From Minisyncoccota bacterium (GTDB taxonomy: Bacteria > Patescibacteriota > Minisyncoccia > Phycocordibacterales > UBA1006), in assembly GCA_028697455.1 (NCBI GenBank), contig JAQVEZ010000001.1, forward strand, positions 67,902 through 131,901: DNA of 64,000 nt. Reading direction: 5' to 3'. Below, piece by piece: positions 8,582-18,786 of the stretch (position 1 is its first letter; the number at the start of each line of letters is the position of its first letter). The notes beneath the pieces were generated by a model that saw only the letters and a program-made list of their open reading frames with translations, was not told where the DNA came from and did no database searches. Both the position numbers and the translations under genes were made by a program.

Positions 8582-9799
8582 ATGAAAAAAAATCCCTTCA
8601 TTACTTTAATATCTTTTTTCATCATTCTTGCTTCTTTCTTTTTGCTTCTCTCTGAACAGAAAAATGTATTCGCAGAAATACATTCTATTTATGATACCAG
8701 CGTTCTTGAGGCACTGACTCTTGATGGAGATAGTATTATTAAAGTGAGAACAAAGCAAAAGGAGATAGTTGAAAATCTAAACTTTACGAATACCGCTTCT
8801 CACATAAAAACTCCTGAAAAAGTTCACGCTCTTTATATGTCGAGTTGGGTAGCAGGAACACCTTCCGTTCGTGACGGAATTCTCAAAATTATTGATGAGT
8901 CAGAAGACCTCAACGCTCTTGTTGTTGACATTAAAGATTCAACAGGGGTTGTTTCTTTTGAGATACAAACACCACTTGCTTTAAAATATGGAACAGGCTC
9001 AACACGTATTGCTGATATAGAAGGCTTCGTTAATCTTGTCCATGAGAAAAATATTTATCTTATTGGGAGAATTAGTACCTTCCAAGATCCTGTTCTCACC
9101 GAAAAGAGAAACGACTGGGCACTTAAACGTATCGACAACGGAGGGATATGGAAGGACAATAATGGGCTTGCTTTTATCGACCCAGGAAAAGCAGAAGCAT
9201 GGGAATATATAAAAGAAATTTCTCTTGAAGCATATCGCGTTGGTTTTGATGAAATTAATTTTGACTATATTCGTTACCCATCTGACGGACCATTGAGAAA
9301 TTTGAACTATGCGCTTCCAGAAGGGGAGACAAGAGTTTCTTCTTTGAGAAAATTTTTCCAATACCTCGATCTTGAATTACGACAAAATAATAATATTCCA
9401 ATTTCTGCTGATATTTTTGGGCTTGCGACTTCAGCTGAGGATGATCTTGGCATTGGGCAATTCTTTGAAGAAATTTATCCCTACTTTGATTATGTTGCAC
9501 CGATGGTGTATCCATCGCATTACGGCCCTGGGACCTTTGGTTTTCCAGATCCTGAGATAAAACCTTATGAAGTTGTTAAGATGGGAATGGAGTCAGCTAT
9601 TAGGCGCGCAACGGCTCTTGGCATCACTGAAGATCAAAACCCTTATCGAAAACTAAGAACCTGGATTCAGGATTTCTCTCTGAGGGTTCCTTATGGCCTT
9701 AAAGAAGTTACTGATCAGATAAAGGCAAGTAGGGAAGCAGGGATTGATTCTTTTATGGTTTGGAACGCTTCAAATATTTATACAAAAAAAGCTTATTAA
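8582..9799 (+). CDS. secreted putative glycoside hydrolase (DUF4015/GHL-type TIM barrel)
   Basis: Signal/TM segment, then HALYMSSWVAGTPSVRDGILKIIDESEDLNALVVDIKDSTG ... FDEINFDYIRYP, as in the DUF4015 putative glycosyl hydrolase family. Confidence 0.5.
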   Translation: MKKNPFITLISFFIILASFFLLLSEQKNVFAEIHSIYDTSVLEALTLDGDSIIKVRTKQKEIVENLNFTNTASHIKTPEKVHALYMSSWVAGTPSVRDGILKIIDESEDLNALVVDIKDSTGVVSFEIQTPLALKYGTGSTRIADIEGFVNLVHEKNIYLIGRISTFQDPVLTEKRNDWALKRIDNGGIWKDNNGLAFIDPGKAEAWEYIKEISLEAYRVGFDEINFDYIRYPSDGPLRNLNYALPEGETRVSSLRKFFQYLDLELRQNNNIPISADIFGLATSAEDDLGIGQFFEEIYPYFDYVAPMVYPSHYGPGTFGFPDPEIKPYEVVKMGMESAIRRATALGITEDQNPYRKLRTWIQDFSLRVPYGLKEVTDQIKASREAGIDSFMVWNASNIYTKKAY

Positions 9800-9811
9800 C
9801 ACACAACAACG

Positions 9812-10996
9812 ATGCAAAAATTCTTCTCAAAAAAAATAATTTCTTTACTCCTCCTTGTTCTTGGTTTTATACTGGGTTTTTTGTTATACCCACGTATTTA
9901 TGATTTTAAATATCCGCTTGCAAGAGGGGCTGATTTTGATTCACTTCGAAAGGTTTGGTCTATTATGGAAAAGGAATATCCTTTTGAACAGCCAAGTGAG
10001 AAGGATCGAATATATGGAGCTATTCAAGGACTCGTTGCATCGTACGGAGACGATTATTCTCGTTTTCTCACTGAAGAAGATTTGGAATATTTTGATCAAA
10101 ACATTCTTGGAAAATTTGGAGGAATTGGAGCAGAAATAAGTGTTCAGATGGGATTGCTTGTTGTTTCATCACTTCTTCCAAATTCACCTGCAGAGCAGGC
10201 AGGATTACAGATTGGAGATATTATTTCCCAAATTAATGGAGAAGATATTTCTCAAGGAACTTTTAATGAGGCCATTGCAAAAATTCGAGGAGAGATAGGA
10301 AGCTCGGTTACTCTTCGTATTGTGCGTCTTAATTTTGCAAGTGAAGAAGGACAAGACCGCGAAACAAAAGATATCACCATCGTACGAGATGCCGTAGAGG
10401 TGCCTATTATCAACACAGAAGTCCTTGAGGATAAGGTCTTTCTTATCCAGCTCTTTGGCTTTAATAATGGGGCAAAAGAGGCTTTTAGAGACGCTATGGT
10501 GGAGTTTAGCAATTCCGATACCACAAAGCTTATTGTAGATTTGCGTGGAAACCCAGGAGGATATTTAACCTCTGTTGTTGATATGCTCAGTTATTTCTTG
10601 CCTCAAGGTTATGTTGTTGTTAAGGAGCAGGTTGATCTTGATCATTCAAAAGATTATTCATATAGAAGCCTCGGGCACACACTCCTTGATACCAAGAGTT
10701 TCAAAACCGTTGTTCTTATTGATGAAGGGTCAGCATCTGCCTCTGAGATCTTTGCTGCTGCGTTACGTGATTATGAAAAGGCGACAATCATTGGCGAAAC
10801 AAGCTTTGGAAAAGGTTCCGTGCAGGAGCTTATTGAGTTTGATAACAACACTGCACTCAAGCTTACTGTTGCGCGGTGGCTTTCACCAAAGGGTGAATAT
10901 ATCGCTGAAGGAATTGTTCCCGATATTCTTGTTGATAATGAGGGAAAGGAAGATGTCCAACTGAATCGAGCAGTAGAATTTTTATTAGCATCGTAA
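9812..10996 (+). CDS. ctpA: carboxyl-terminal processing protease (S41 family) with PDZ domain
   Basis: PDZ region (GDIISQINGEDIS) and the S41 motif LIVDLRGNPGGYL. Confidence 0.85.
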   Translation: MQKFFSKKIISLLLLVLGFILGFLLYPRIYDFKYPLARGADFDSLRKVWSIMEKEYPFEQPSEKDRIYGAIQGLVASYGDDYSRFLTEEDLEYFDQNILGKFGGIGAEISVQMGLLVVSSLLPNSPAEQAGLQIGDIISQINGEDISQGTFNEAIAKIRGEIGSSVTLRIVRLNFASEEGQDRETKDITIVRDAVEVPIINTEVLEDKVFLIQLFGFNNGAKEAFRDAMVEFSNSDTTKLIVDLRGNPGGYLTSVVDMLSYFLPQGYVVVKEQVDLDHSKDYSYRSLGHTLLDTKSFKTVVLIDEGSASASEIFAAALRDYEKATIIGETSFGKGSVQELIEFDNNTALKLTVARWLSPKGEYIAEGIVPDILVDNEGKEDVQLNRAVEFLLAS

Positions 10997-11014
10997 TTGT
11001 TCACGAGTAAAGGT

Positions 11015-11458
11015 ATGAAAGTTATATTATTACAATCAATAAAAGGGAAGGGACAAAAGGGAGACGTTATTGAAGTCTCTGACGGTTATGCGCAAAACGC
11101 ACTCTTTCCAAAAGGGCTTGCTAAGGCAGCAACCTCACAAGAGATTAATAAACTCAAACTTGCTCAAGATTCTCTTCATCACAAAGAAGAAAAACTAAAA
11201 AAAGAAATTCTTCTTGCTTTTGAAGTTTTGAACGGAAAGAATCTTATTATCAAAGAAAAGGTCAACGAAAAGGGGAGTCTTTACCGTGCCGTTACCAACA
11301 AGGAGATTTTAGAAGCTCTCAAGAGAGACTTTCGCGTTGATCTTCCAGACTCAAGTCTTTCTGATAAACACGCCTTGAAAGAAACAGGAGACTATCAAAT
11401 TGAGTTTGGTTCCTATGGTAAAAAAATTACCTTACTCGTAAGCATTCAATCACAATAG
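11015..11458 (+). CDS. rplI: 50S ribosomal protein L9
   Basis: MKVILLQSIKGKGQKGDVIEVSDGYAQNALFPKGLA is the L9 N-terminal domain. Confidence 0.9.
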   Translation: MKVILLQSIKGKGQKGDVIEVSDGYAQNALFPKGLAKAATSQEINKLKLAQDSLHHKEEKLKKEILLAFEVLNGKNLIIKEKVNEKGSLYRAVTNKEILEALKRDFRVDLPDSSLSDKHALKETGDYQIEFGSYGKKITLLVSIQSQ

Positions 11459-11464
11459 GGAACT

Positions 11465-11926
11465 ATGATAACTTTAGCTCAATTAAATAAAAAATGGTGG
11501 TATCGATTATTAAAAGTAGTCTTTGTCGCTGCGTACCTATTCGTCTTGCTTTTTGGCGTCATTACTTTTATTTCAAATTATGTTAATAACAAGACCCATG
11601 AAAAAGAAGAAGAGTTGGTTAGCTCTTCTCAGGAAATAAATACTATGGACATTAAAAATTATCTTTACAATTTAAGTATCGAACTAGGGTACACGCCAGA
11701 GCAAGCTGCACAAATGGTGCAAAAGTCATACGAACCGATAGAACAAAAACGAGCTATCGAAAATAATCAAGTATCAAAATTTAGTTTAGATATTGAGAAT
11801 ATTCAAAGTCTGAGAGAGATATTAGTATTTTCTCTGATATGGACTATAGTTACTTCTTTGATATTTGAAGGAACAAGAAGACTTTTCTACTATATCATTC
11901 TAGGAAAGTTCAGACCGACCAACTAA
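11465..11926 (+). CDS. hypothetical membrane protein
   Basis: TM helices at the N- and C-termini with no recognisable domain. Confidence 0.45.
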   Translation: MITLAQLNKKWWYRLLKVVFVAAYLFVLLFGVITFISNYVNNKTHEKEEELVSSSQEINTMDIKNYLYNLSIELGYTPEQAAQMVQKSYEPIEQKRAIENNQVSKFSLDIENIQSLREILVFSLIWTIVTSLIFEGTRRLFYYIILGKFRPTN

Positions 11927-12065
11927 AACAGAGTACTTATTACTCTCAAAGGTATCAGGGGAGAAAATAATGTAACGTCGCACAACATCTATTTTACGAC
12001 ATTATATCTTAAAAACCACTCTTTAAATAAGAATAAAGCGACCTTCTCTATCTTCTTTAATAAAA

Positions 12066-12094
12066 AACCCATCATTAATTAGATGGGTTTTTTA
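12066..12094. terminator. bidirectional rho-independent terminator between convergent genes
   Basis: CCCATC attaatt GATGGG flanked by an A-run and a T-run. Confidence 0.5.
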
Positions 12095-12106
12095 TTTATC
12101 TTCTTT

Positions 12107-12727
12107 TTATTCTCCCTTCAAGAGATATTCTCTTAAAAGATTAATATTTCTACCAGATTGAGCTGAGTAATAAAATATTTTTACGTTTTCATTCCCAACG
12201 ATATTAAAGACTTCTTTTTGTAGTTCGTTCTGTCTTTTTTGGTTGATTTTATCGACTTTATTAAAAGCCAATACAAAAGGTCTCCCCGTTTTTTGAATAA
12301 GGTCAAGATACTCTTCATCTAATGTCGTTATACCGACCTTTGCGTCCAAAATAAGGCATATAAGGGCCGAATGCATCTTAAGATGAGTAATGTACCATCT
12401 TATAAGTTCCTGGAGCTCTAAACGTTGTTTTTTGGATACTTTGGCGTATCCATAACCTGGAAGATCTACAAAATAAGCTTTTTGTAGATCTGGCGTACTT
12501 ATTTCAAAGAAATTAATCTCTTTCGTCTTCCCAGGGGTCTTTCCTGTTTTTACCAATTTCTTTCGCTCCAAAAGTCCATTGAGTGTACTAGATTTTCCGA
12601 CATTAGATCTTCCAATAAAAGCGAGCTGTGGAATCCCGTCATGCATGATAGGATCTTCACCTACAACTCCTTTTACAAAGCGAACAGATTGTATTGCTGA
12701 TGTAGACATAATAAAAGAATGAAGCAT
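12107..12727 (-). CDS. engB: ribosome biogenesis GTP-binding protein YsxC/EngB
   Basis: AFIGRSNVGKSSTLN (G1 motif), DLPGYGY (G3 motif), NKVDK (G4 motif). Confidence 0.85.
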   Translation of the reverse strand: MLHSFIMSTSAIQSVRFVKGVVGEDPIMHDGIPQLAFIGRSNVGKSSTLNGLLERKKLVKTGKTPGKTKEINFFEISTPDLQKAYFVDLPGYGYAKVSKKQRLELQELIRWYITHLKMHSALICLILDAKVGITTLDEEYLDLIQKTGRPFVLAFNKVDKINQKRQNELQKEVFNIVGNENVKIFYYSAQSGRNINLLREYLLKGE

Positions 12728-12730
12728 CCT

Positions 12731-13159
12731 CTAGACTTCAGATGGTTCAGATTGAGAACTTTCTTCGTTTGGTTGTTGGGCATTCTCACTTTGTCCTTCT
12801 TGCAGAGTGCCTTGAGGAGCGCCAGTGTTAAATATCTCTGGATTAATAAGAGAAGTTACTTCCTCTGAGAACGCAGGTCCACCTTCTTGAATTCTTCCCA
12901 TATTATCAATAAAACTATTCCACAGGAGATCAACAAAAACATCATACCAAAGGTAATCAAAGGTATTTTTTAGATGTTTTGTATAAAAATTTTGTGATTG
13001 CTCAGAAACATAAGAAAAGTTTTCTTGTGTTTGTTCACTTTCAATTGCTTTTTTAAGACTAAAGTTAAAGAAATATGAAGCAACGAGAAGCACAAGAGCA
13101 AGAATGATAATGAGTTTGAGAAGTGAAAAGCCTTTATTCATACTCATTATATATATCAC
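12731..13159 (-). CDS. hypothetical secreted or membrane-anchored protein
   Basis: N-terminal TM or signal segment and a Q/E/S-rich C-terminus. Confidence 0.45.
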   Translation of the reverse strand: MIYIMSMNKGFSLLKLIIILALVLLVASYFFNFSLKKAIESEQTQENFSYVSEQSQNFYTKHLKNTFDYLWYDVFVDLLWNSFIDNMGRIQEGGPAFSEEVTSLINPEIFNTGAPQGTLQEGQSENAQQPNEESSQSEPSEV

Positions 13160-13166
13160 ATATCAG

Positions 13167-14501
13167 CTATTCTTTGAAACTTCCAGCATCAAGTCCCGGA
13201 AGATATGCGAGCGGGTCAAGATAGGCAGCGGTTGGTGCAAGTGGCATTCGATAATTGTTCCCAGGACACGCAGCACTTGGTCGTTCGGTAACCCGTGCCC
13301 CCTCTCCACCATCAACTCCTTTTGTTGCATAAACAGTAAGGTGAAGGTGGGGCCCAGTACTGTGACCAGTATTTCCAGAGTACGCGATAAGATCTCCTTT
13401 TTTCACTGTCTGTCCCTCGGTAACTTTCCAGCTTGAAAGGTGCCCATAAGTCGTTGAGAGTCCTATCCCGGTATGTTCAATGAAAACCCATTTTCCAAAT
13501 GAAGCTCGAGGACATTGCAGATCAGTATCCCCTACCCCCTTTACAATACCGTCAGCAACAGCATACACAGGAGTTCCTACAGCAGCTCGAAAATCAACAC
13601 CACTATGTGATCCAGAAACGTATAAACGTTCCGAAGAAACAGTTTTACCAAAACGCTGGGTTACATAAATATCTTTGAGTGGCCAAGCCAGCACTGCAGA
13701 GCCTTTTTTAGGAAGTGTACTTGGATTAAGAACGAAATCAAGTTTTGATTCGTAATCCCGTATTTCTGCGTCGAGGGCTGAGATCATTTTGACAGTCTCA
13801 TCAAGTTTTTTCTGGTGTTCAGATTCTTTTTTCTGAGTTTCTGAAAGAATTTGATTTTGTTTATCTTCTTGTGATTTAACAATGAGGCGTTGGTCACCTA
13901 AAATTTCTTTCTCCTCTTCAAGTTCTTGTTGCTGGAGTAAAAGGGTTTGACTGCTGTTATAGAGTTCAGATTTTCTCTTTTCAAGTTCTGCTGTTGTCTC
14001 CACAATTCTTGCTTGGAGCTGACTATAGTTATCTCGCGATTCAAAGAGACTTGAGATATTTTCTGCTGAAATAATGGTTTCAAGAATTGTGAGTGAATTC
14101 TGTTGTTCAATTCCTCGCAAAAGAGATTCAAGCGTTTTTGAATGTTCTTTGATGGATTGATTATGGAGTTGAATTTCTAATGCATTTTTGTTGATAGAAA
14201 GATTAAGTTCAGAGATTGTGTTCTCTGTTTTTTTGATCGTATTATCAAGGCTCTTTCTCTCGTTATTTATTCTATTGAGTTCTTGTTGGAGGGTTGTTTT
14301 TTCTCCCTTGGTTTGTTCGAGCTCTTTTCTAATTTCTTCCGCACGTTTTTCAAGTGTTAATCGTTCTTGAGTACGTTCTTGAATTTGTTGTTCAAGCTCT
14401 TCAATCGTTTGCGCTTGTGCAGAAAAAATATTTGTATTGGTAAAAAAAATAGTTCCAATAATCAATGCAAGTGTTATTCCTAAAGTCTTTTTTGTTTTCA
14501 T
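13167..14501 (-). CDS. M23 family metallopeptidase with N-terminal coiled coil (EnvC-like)
   Basis: Signal peptide, long heptad-repeat region, then HSGVDF...YGHLS...GNTGHSTGPHLH, the LytM/M23 motifs. Confidence 0.85.
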   Translation of the reverse strand: MKTKKTLGITLALIIGTIFFTNTNIFSAQAQTIEELEQQIQERTQERLTLEKRAEEIRKELEQTKGEKTTLQQELNRINNERKSLDNTIKKTENTISELNLSINKNALEIQLHNQSIKEHSKTLESLLRGIEQQNSLTILETIISAENISSLFESRDNYSQLQARIVETTAELEKRKSELYNSSQTLLLQQQELEEEKEILGDQRLIVKSQEDKQNQILSETQKKESEHQKKLDETVKMISALDAEIRDYESKLDFVLNPSTLPKKGSAVLAWPLKDIYVTQRFGKTVSSERLYVSGSHSGVDFRAAVGTPVYAVADGIVKGVGDTDLQCPRASFGKWVFIEHTGIGLSTTYGHLSSWKVTEGQTVKKGDLIAYSGNTGHSTGPHLHLTVYATKGVDGGEGARVTERPSAACPGNNYRMPLAPTAAYLDPLAYLPGLDAGSFKE

Positions 14502-14643
14502 TATGGGCTTATTGTAGCATATTTTTAATTTCTTTTAAAAATTTGACAAATAGATAAAAAGTAAAAATTTAAAAAAATGGAAACAACAACTTTTTCAAAA
14601 GATTTTTTTAAAAATAGAGCTGACTTGTATTTCTCTAGCTCTG

Positions 14644-15066
14644 ATGAGGTTTTTAAAAAAAATACTCAAAAAGGCAAAAAACTCTTTGGAGATTTTACCC
14701 TCTCCAAAATGCTTTGAAGAAAAACCGGACAACTTTCTCTTCCGTGCCTTGGGCATATTGAAGGAGGGAGAATATTATTCATTGTTGCAAAAATGGGAAA
14801 TTGAAAAAATGTTAAAGGAAGAAACAATTTCAATTAAGCCCATAGAAACAGTTCTTTCTGAGATGTATGCAGTTATAGAGGACGAAGAATTTTCTGACGA
14901 TAGGACAATTGTATGGTTTGCCAAAGTCAAAATGTATTGGCTTCTTCCTTCTGAAACTGTTTGGATAATATGTCGCCGCGATAGATCTAACCAAAAAAGA
15001 TGGGAGATTCGGTCATATTTTCTTTTGAAAGGCGATGAGTTCAGAAACTGCAAATTTGCCCAATGA
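14644..15066 (+). CDS. hypothetical protein
   Basis: A 140-aa ORF with no recognisable motif, lying downstream of a perfect TTGACA -35 hexamer at 14554-14559. Confidence 0.4.
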   Translation: MRFLKKILKKAKNSLEILPSPKCFEEKPDNFLFRALGILKEGEYYSLLQKWEIEKMLKEETISIKPIETVLSEMYAVIEDEEFSDDRTIVWFAKVKMYWLLPSETVWIICRRDRSNQKRWEIRSYFLLKGDEFRNCKFAQ

Positions 15067-15091
15067 GCAAAAACAAAAATTAAAAACAAAA

Positions 15092-15121
15092 ACCCCAGCT
15101 TTTAATAGCTTGGGTTTTTTG
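15092..15121. terminator. rho-independent terminator between convergent genes
   Basis: CCCAGCT tttaat AGCTTGGG followed by TTTTTT. Confidence 0.5.
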
Positions 15122-15122
15122 T

Positions 15123-16454
15123 TTATAACAATTCTCTTGCTTTTTGGATACGACTGAGAGATTCTTTCTTTCCAAGAACAAAAAGTAAAGTAAAGGGATC
15201 TGGAGATTTTTCCTGTCCTGATAGAGCGTAGCGGAGTGGCCAGAGCACATCACCCTTCCCTTCTTGTTCTGCGTAAGGGAAGATGAGCTCCTTGAGGGCG
15301 TCGTTATTCCACTCAGCAGAATAGTTTTCAATTAATTGAGAAACTTTTTCCAAATGTTTTTGGGTTGTTTCTGCAGGATTTTCTTTCCAGGAGATTTTTT
15401 CTTTATTGAGTTCTGGGGAGTTGAAATAATACCCAAGCTCATTTTTTTCAATCATTTCTCTTACCCCGTCAAAATCATCAACCCGTTCTTTTATAATAGG
15501 GATAATTTTTTTAAAAATTTCTTGATTAAAATTTGGAATTTTTTGGAACTCAACTTCAAGAGGTTTAAGATAATTTTCAAACTCATCAAGAGAGTATCTA
15601 TTGAGATATTGTTTGTTAATCCATTTGAGCTTTTCAATATTGAAAACTCCCCCACCCTTTTGAACTTTATTAAGGTCAAATTCCTTGATCAGTTCTTCTT
15701 TTGAGAGAATCTCTCGTTCGTCTCCTGGATTCCATCCGATAAAAGCCATAAAGTTAATCAGTGCTTCTGGGAGAATTCCCTTGTCTTTGTATTCTAAAGT
15801 TGGAACGACTTCGGGGTCACGTTTTGATAGCTTTCCTCCACGAGGGCTCATAATGAGAGGAATATGAGCGTATTGAGGTCTCGAAAAACCAAGTGCTTCA
15901 AGGATAAGAATTTGTCGTGAGGTGTTGTTGATGTGTTCTTGCCCTCGGATAATGTGAGTAACACCCATAAGCCCATCGTCAACAACAACAGTGAGGTGAT
16001 AGACTGGGAGATTAATCGTTCGAGCAATGACAAAATCTCCAAGTTCGGTTGTATCAAATTCTATGTCTCCCAGGATAAGGTCTTTGAAGGAGATTTTTTT
16101 ATTGGGATTTTTGAAACGAATAACGGCCTGTTGAGAATCTTCTTTTGAAGGTTCTGCTTCATAGGCGTGCCCCGAGCTAATGAGCTGTTTGATATGTTTT
16201 TGATAAATAGCTGTCCGTTCAGATTGTCGATAAAATTCATCAAAATCAAGTCCGAGCCACTTAAGAGAATCGAGCATGTTATCTTCATATTCTTGTTTTG
16301 AGCGTTCTTTGTCGGTATCTTCACTTCGGATAATAAAAGTTCCCTTGTGCTGTCGTGCAAAAAGGTAGTTGAACAAGGTCGTTCGTACTGATCCAATATG
16401 GAATTTTCCCGTAGGTGAGGGTGCCATACGAGTAACAATTTTGTTCTCATTCAT
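15123..16454 (-). CDS. gltX: glutamyl-tRNA synthetase
   Basis: PSPTGKFHIGSVRTTLFNYLFARQHKGTFIIRSEDTD (HIGH motif) and the KLSKR region. Confidence 0.9.
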   Translation of the reverse strand: MNENKIVTRMAPSPTGKFHIGSVRTTLFNYLFARQHKGTFIIRSEDTDKERSKQEYEDNMLDSLKWLGLDFDEFYRQSERTAIYQKHIKQLISSGHAYEAEPSKEDSQQAVIRFKNPNKKISFKDLILGDIEFDTTELGDFVIARTINLPVYHLTVVVDDGLMGVTHIIRGQEHINNTSRQILILEALGFSRPQYAHIPLIMSPRGGKLSKRDPEVVPTLEYKDKGILPEALINFMAFIGWNPGDEREILSKEELIKEFDLNKVQKGGGVFNIEKLKWINKQYLNRYSLDEFENYLKPLEVEFQKIPNFNQEIFKKIIPIIKERVDDFDGVREMIEKNELGYYFNSPELNKEKISWKENPAETTQKHLEKVSQLIENYSAEWNNDALKELIFPYAEQEGKGDVLWPLRYALSGQEKSPDPFTLLFVLGKKESLSRIQKARELL

Positions 16455-16493
16455 AGGGATTAGTATAGCAAAAAAACCCTTTTAATAAAGGAT

Positions 16494-17624
16494 TTATTTT
16501 TCGTGAGAAAGCCCAATACGAATAATTTCTTCTGCAATTTTTTGTGCCGCATCAGCTCTTCCAAATTCACGAGCTCCCTGCTTCATTGACTCTTTGACCT
16601 TCTCATTATCGTAAATTCTATTGATCTCAAAAAGAAGTAACTGCGAAGAAAGGTTATTTTCCTCAATAACAACTCCTCCACCTTCTCGTGCGTAGTTATA
16701 AGCATTTTTCATTTGGTGATTTCCGTGAGAATGTGTTATCGGGATAATAATAGCCGGAACTTCCCAGTGAGCAATTTCGAATAATGCAGATCCTGCTCGT
16801 GTAATCACAATATCAGCAACACCTGCTACCATTTTCATAGAAAGAGGGTTAAGAGAACCAAAAATATGATATCGGTTTCGATAAGGGTTTTCTTTGAGGA
16901 GTACTTCAGTCATTTTTTCCATTTCTTCAAGATTTTTCTCCCCCACCTGATGAATAACCTGGTATTTCTGGAGAAGTTCTGGAAGGATGCTTTCAATAGC
17001 ATAATTGATTTTTTGTGCACCAAGCGATCCTCCCAAGATCCAAACCACAGGAACCTCTTTATCAAGAGAAAGAAATTCGTGAGCACCTTCACTTACGGGG
17101 TGAAGCAAGTCTCGTCGTATTGGTTGTCCGGTATGAATAATATTTTCTTTATTTTTAAAAACTTCTTTTGCTTGTTTATAAGAAAGAGCTATTTCTTTGG
17201 CAAATTTAGCACTCCAGAGGTTTACTCGACCCACAGCAGAGTCTGATTCATGAATGATAATAGGAATTCTTAAAATTCTCCCTGCAAAAACAACAGGAAA
17301 AGCAGCATAGCCACCTTTTGAAAAAATAACATCTGGAAAAATAGAAAACACAAGAAAGAAAGTTTGTATTGTTCCGATGACGAGTTTGAATAAATCAGGA
17401 ATTGATTTGAACGAAGGTGTGAGTCGTAATTTACCAGCATTAATTTTTTTATAGATAATTCTATTTTCAAAAAGAGCTTTTTGATCATAGGGGGCGTCAG
17501 AAAGAAAATAAATTTTACTATCAGCAATATTTTCATCTGAGATAATTTGATTAAGCTCCTCAGCGACAGCTATTAAGGGATAAAAATGTCCACCAGTCCC
17601 TCCTCCAGCAAGGATAATTTTCAT
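16494..17624 (-). CDS. murG: undecaprenyldiphospho-muramoylpentapeptide beta-N-acetylglucosaminyltransferase
   Basis: MKIILAGGGTGGHFYPLIAVAEEL, the GT28 N-terminal signature. Located in a dcw-type cluster. Confidence 0.9.
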   Translation of the reverse strand: MKIILAGGGTGGHFYPLIAVAEELNQIISDENIADSKIYFLSDAPYDQKALFENRIIYKKINAGKLRLTPSFKSIPDLFKLVIGTIQTFFLVFSIFPDVIFSKGGYAAFPVVFAGRILRIPIIIHESDSAVGRVNLWSAKFAKEIALSYKQAKEVFKNKENIIHTGQPIRRDLLHPVSEGAHEFLSLDKEVPVVWILGGSLGAQKINYAIESILPELLQKYQVIHQVGEKNLEEMEKMTEVLLKENPYRNRYHIFGSLNPLSMKMVAGVADIVITRAGSALFEIAHWEVPAIIIPITHSHGNHQMKNAYNYAREGGGVVIEENNLSSQLLLFEINRIYDNEKVKESMKQGAREFGRADAAQKIAEEIIRIGLSHEK

Positions 17625-17652
17625 ATATCAAGAGTATAGCACAGAAAAAGCT

Positions 17653-18771
17653 TTATATAATCCTTTTTTTGACAAGGTTCGTCTTTTTGTAGCGAGAGAT
17701 GTTGAGAACAATACCGAGAGCTCCTAGTGTTGTGAGAAGCACGGTTCCTCCGCTACTAATAAAAACCAAAGGAAGCCCAGAGACAAAGAAGAGACCGGAA
17801 ACAGCAGCAATATTAAAGAATGATTGAATAATGATTATTGTAATAATTCCAACAGTAAGATTTTGAGCAAAAGCATTGGGGGCATTTTTTGCAATTCTAA
17901 AACCAAAAAACGCAAAAGCGAGGTAGAGCATAATAAGAAGAACGCCTCCTACAAAACCAAGCTCCTCTGCAAAAACAGCAAAGATAAAGTCACTACTGTG
18001 TTCGGGAAGATAGTTATCGAATTTTTGAATACTTTGCCCGAGACCTCTTCCCAAAAGTTCTCCTGACCCTATAGCTATTTTAGATTGACGCACCTGATAT
18101 CCTGAACCAAGAGGATCTTTTTCTTGGTTAAAGAAGCTTGTTACTCGTTGCATCGCATAAGGCTGAGTGCTTGCATAGAGAATCCCCCCAGCAACAACAA
18201 TAAGAGCAAAAACGAGAATATGTTTTAAATTAGCTCCTCTTAAAAAATAAATAACAAAAAGAGCAATAGAAATAAGAGCAATCATCCCAAAGTGAGGTTG
18301 AAAGAAAAGGATAAAAATAACAGGGGCAAGAATCCCTAAAAAGGCTGCAAGTCCGTGTCGAAAAGTTTTTACACTTTCTTTATATTTATCAAACCAAGCA
18401 GAGAGAAAAATAACGGCTCCAAATTTTAAAAGTTCTGAGGGTTGGAAAGAAATAATTTTAAAAGAAACCCAACGTTGAGCTCCCCCATGCCCTACTCCAA
18501 GAGGGCTGAACACAAGGAGAGTTAATCCTAATGTTGTTAAAAAAATAATAAGAGCATATTTTTTCCAAAACAGATAGGGAATTTTGGAGATAAGAAGCAT
18601 AAATAAAAAACCTCCCCCAGCACCGAGTCCAATGTGTTTAAAAAGCTCAACCCAAAAAGCACCTTTGTTTTGAGTATAAAGAGGTAATGAGGCCGAAACG
18701 AAAGTCACTACTCCAACAATGAGGAGGATAGTAATAATCCAGAAGAATTTTTTATCTATTGCTTTATTCAT
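17653..18771 (-). CDS. ftsW: SEDS family peptidoglycan glycosyltransferase FtsW/RodA
   Basis: Polytopic membrane protein with the SEDS pattern, positioned between mraY and murG. Confidence 0.85.
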   Translation of the reverse strand: MNKAIDKKFFWIITILLIVGVVTFVSASLPLYTQNKGAFWVELFKHIGLGAGGGFLFMLLISKIPYLFWKKYALIIFLTTLGLTLLVFSPLGVGHGGAQRWVSFKIISFQPSELLKFGAVIFLSAWFDKYKESVKTFRHGLAAFLGILAPVIFILFFQPHFGMIALISIALFVIYFLRGANLKHILVFALIVVAGGILYASTQPYAMQRVTSFFNQEKDPLGSGYQVRQSKIAIGSGELLGRGLGQSIQKFDNYLPEHSSDFIFAVFAEELGFVGGVLLIMLYLAFAFFGFRIAKNAPNAFAQNLTVGIITIIIIQSFFNIAAVSGLFFVSGLPLVFISSGGTVLLTTLGALGIVLNISRYKKTNLVKKRII

Positions 18772-18786
18772 AATCTTTTTAAATAT

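Noticed and set aside
14554-14600. Promoter call from the perfect TTGACA hexamer at 14554-14559.
   Set aside because: No convincing -10 hexamer lies at 16-18 nt spacing in this A/T-rich stretch. Any -10 match would be compositional. It is noted only in the evidence for the downstream gene.
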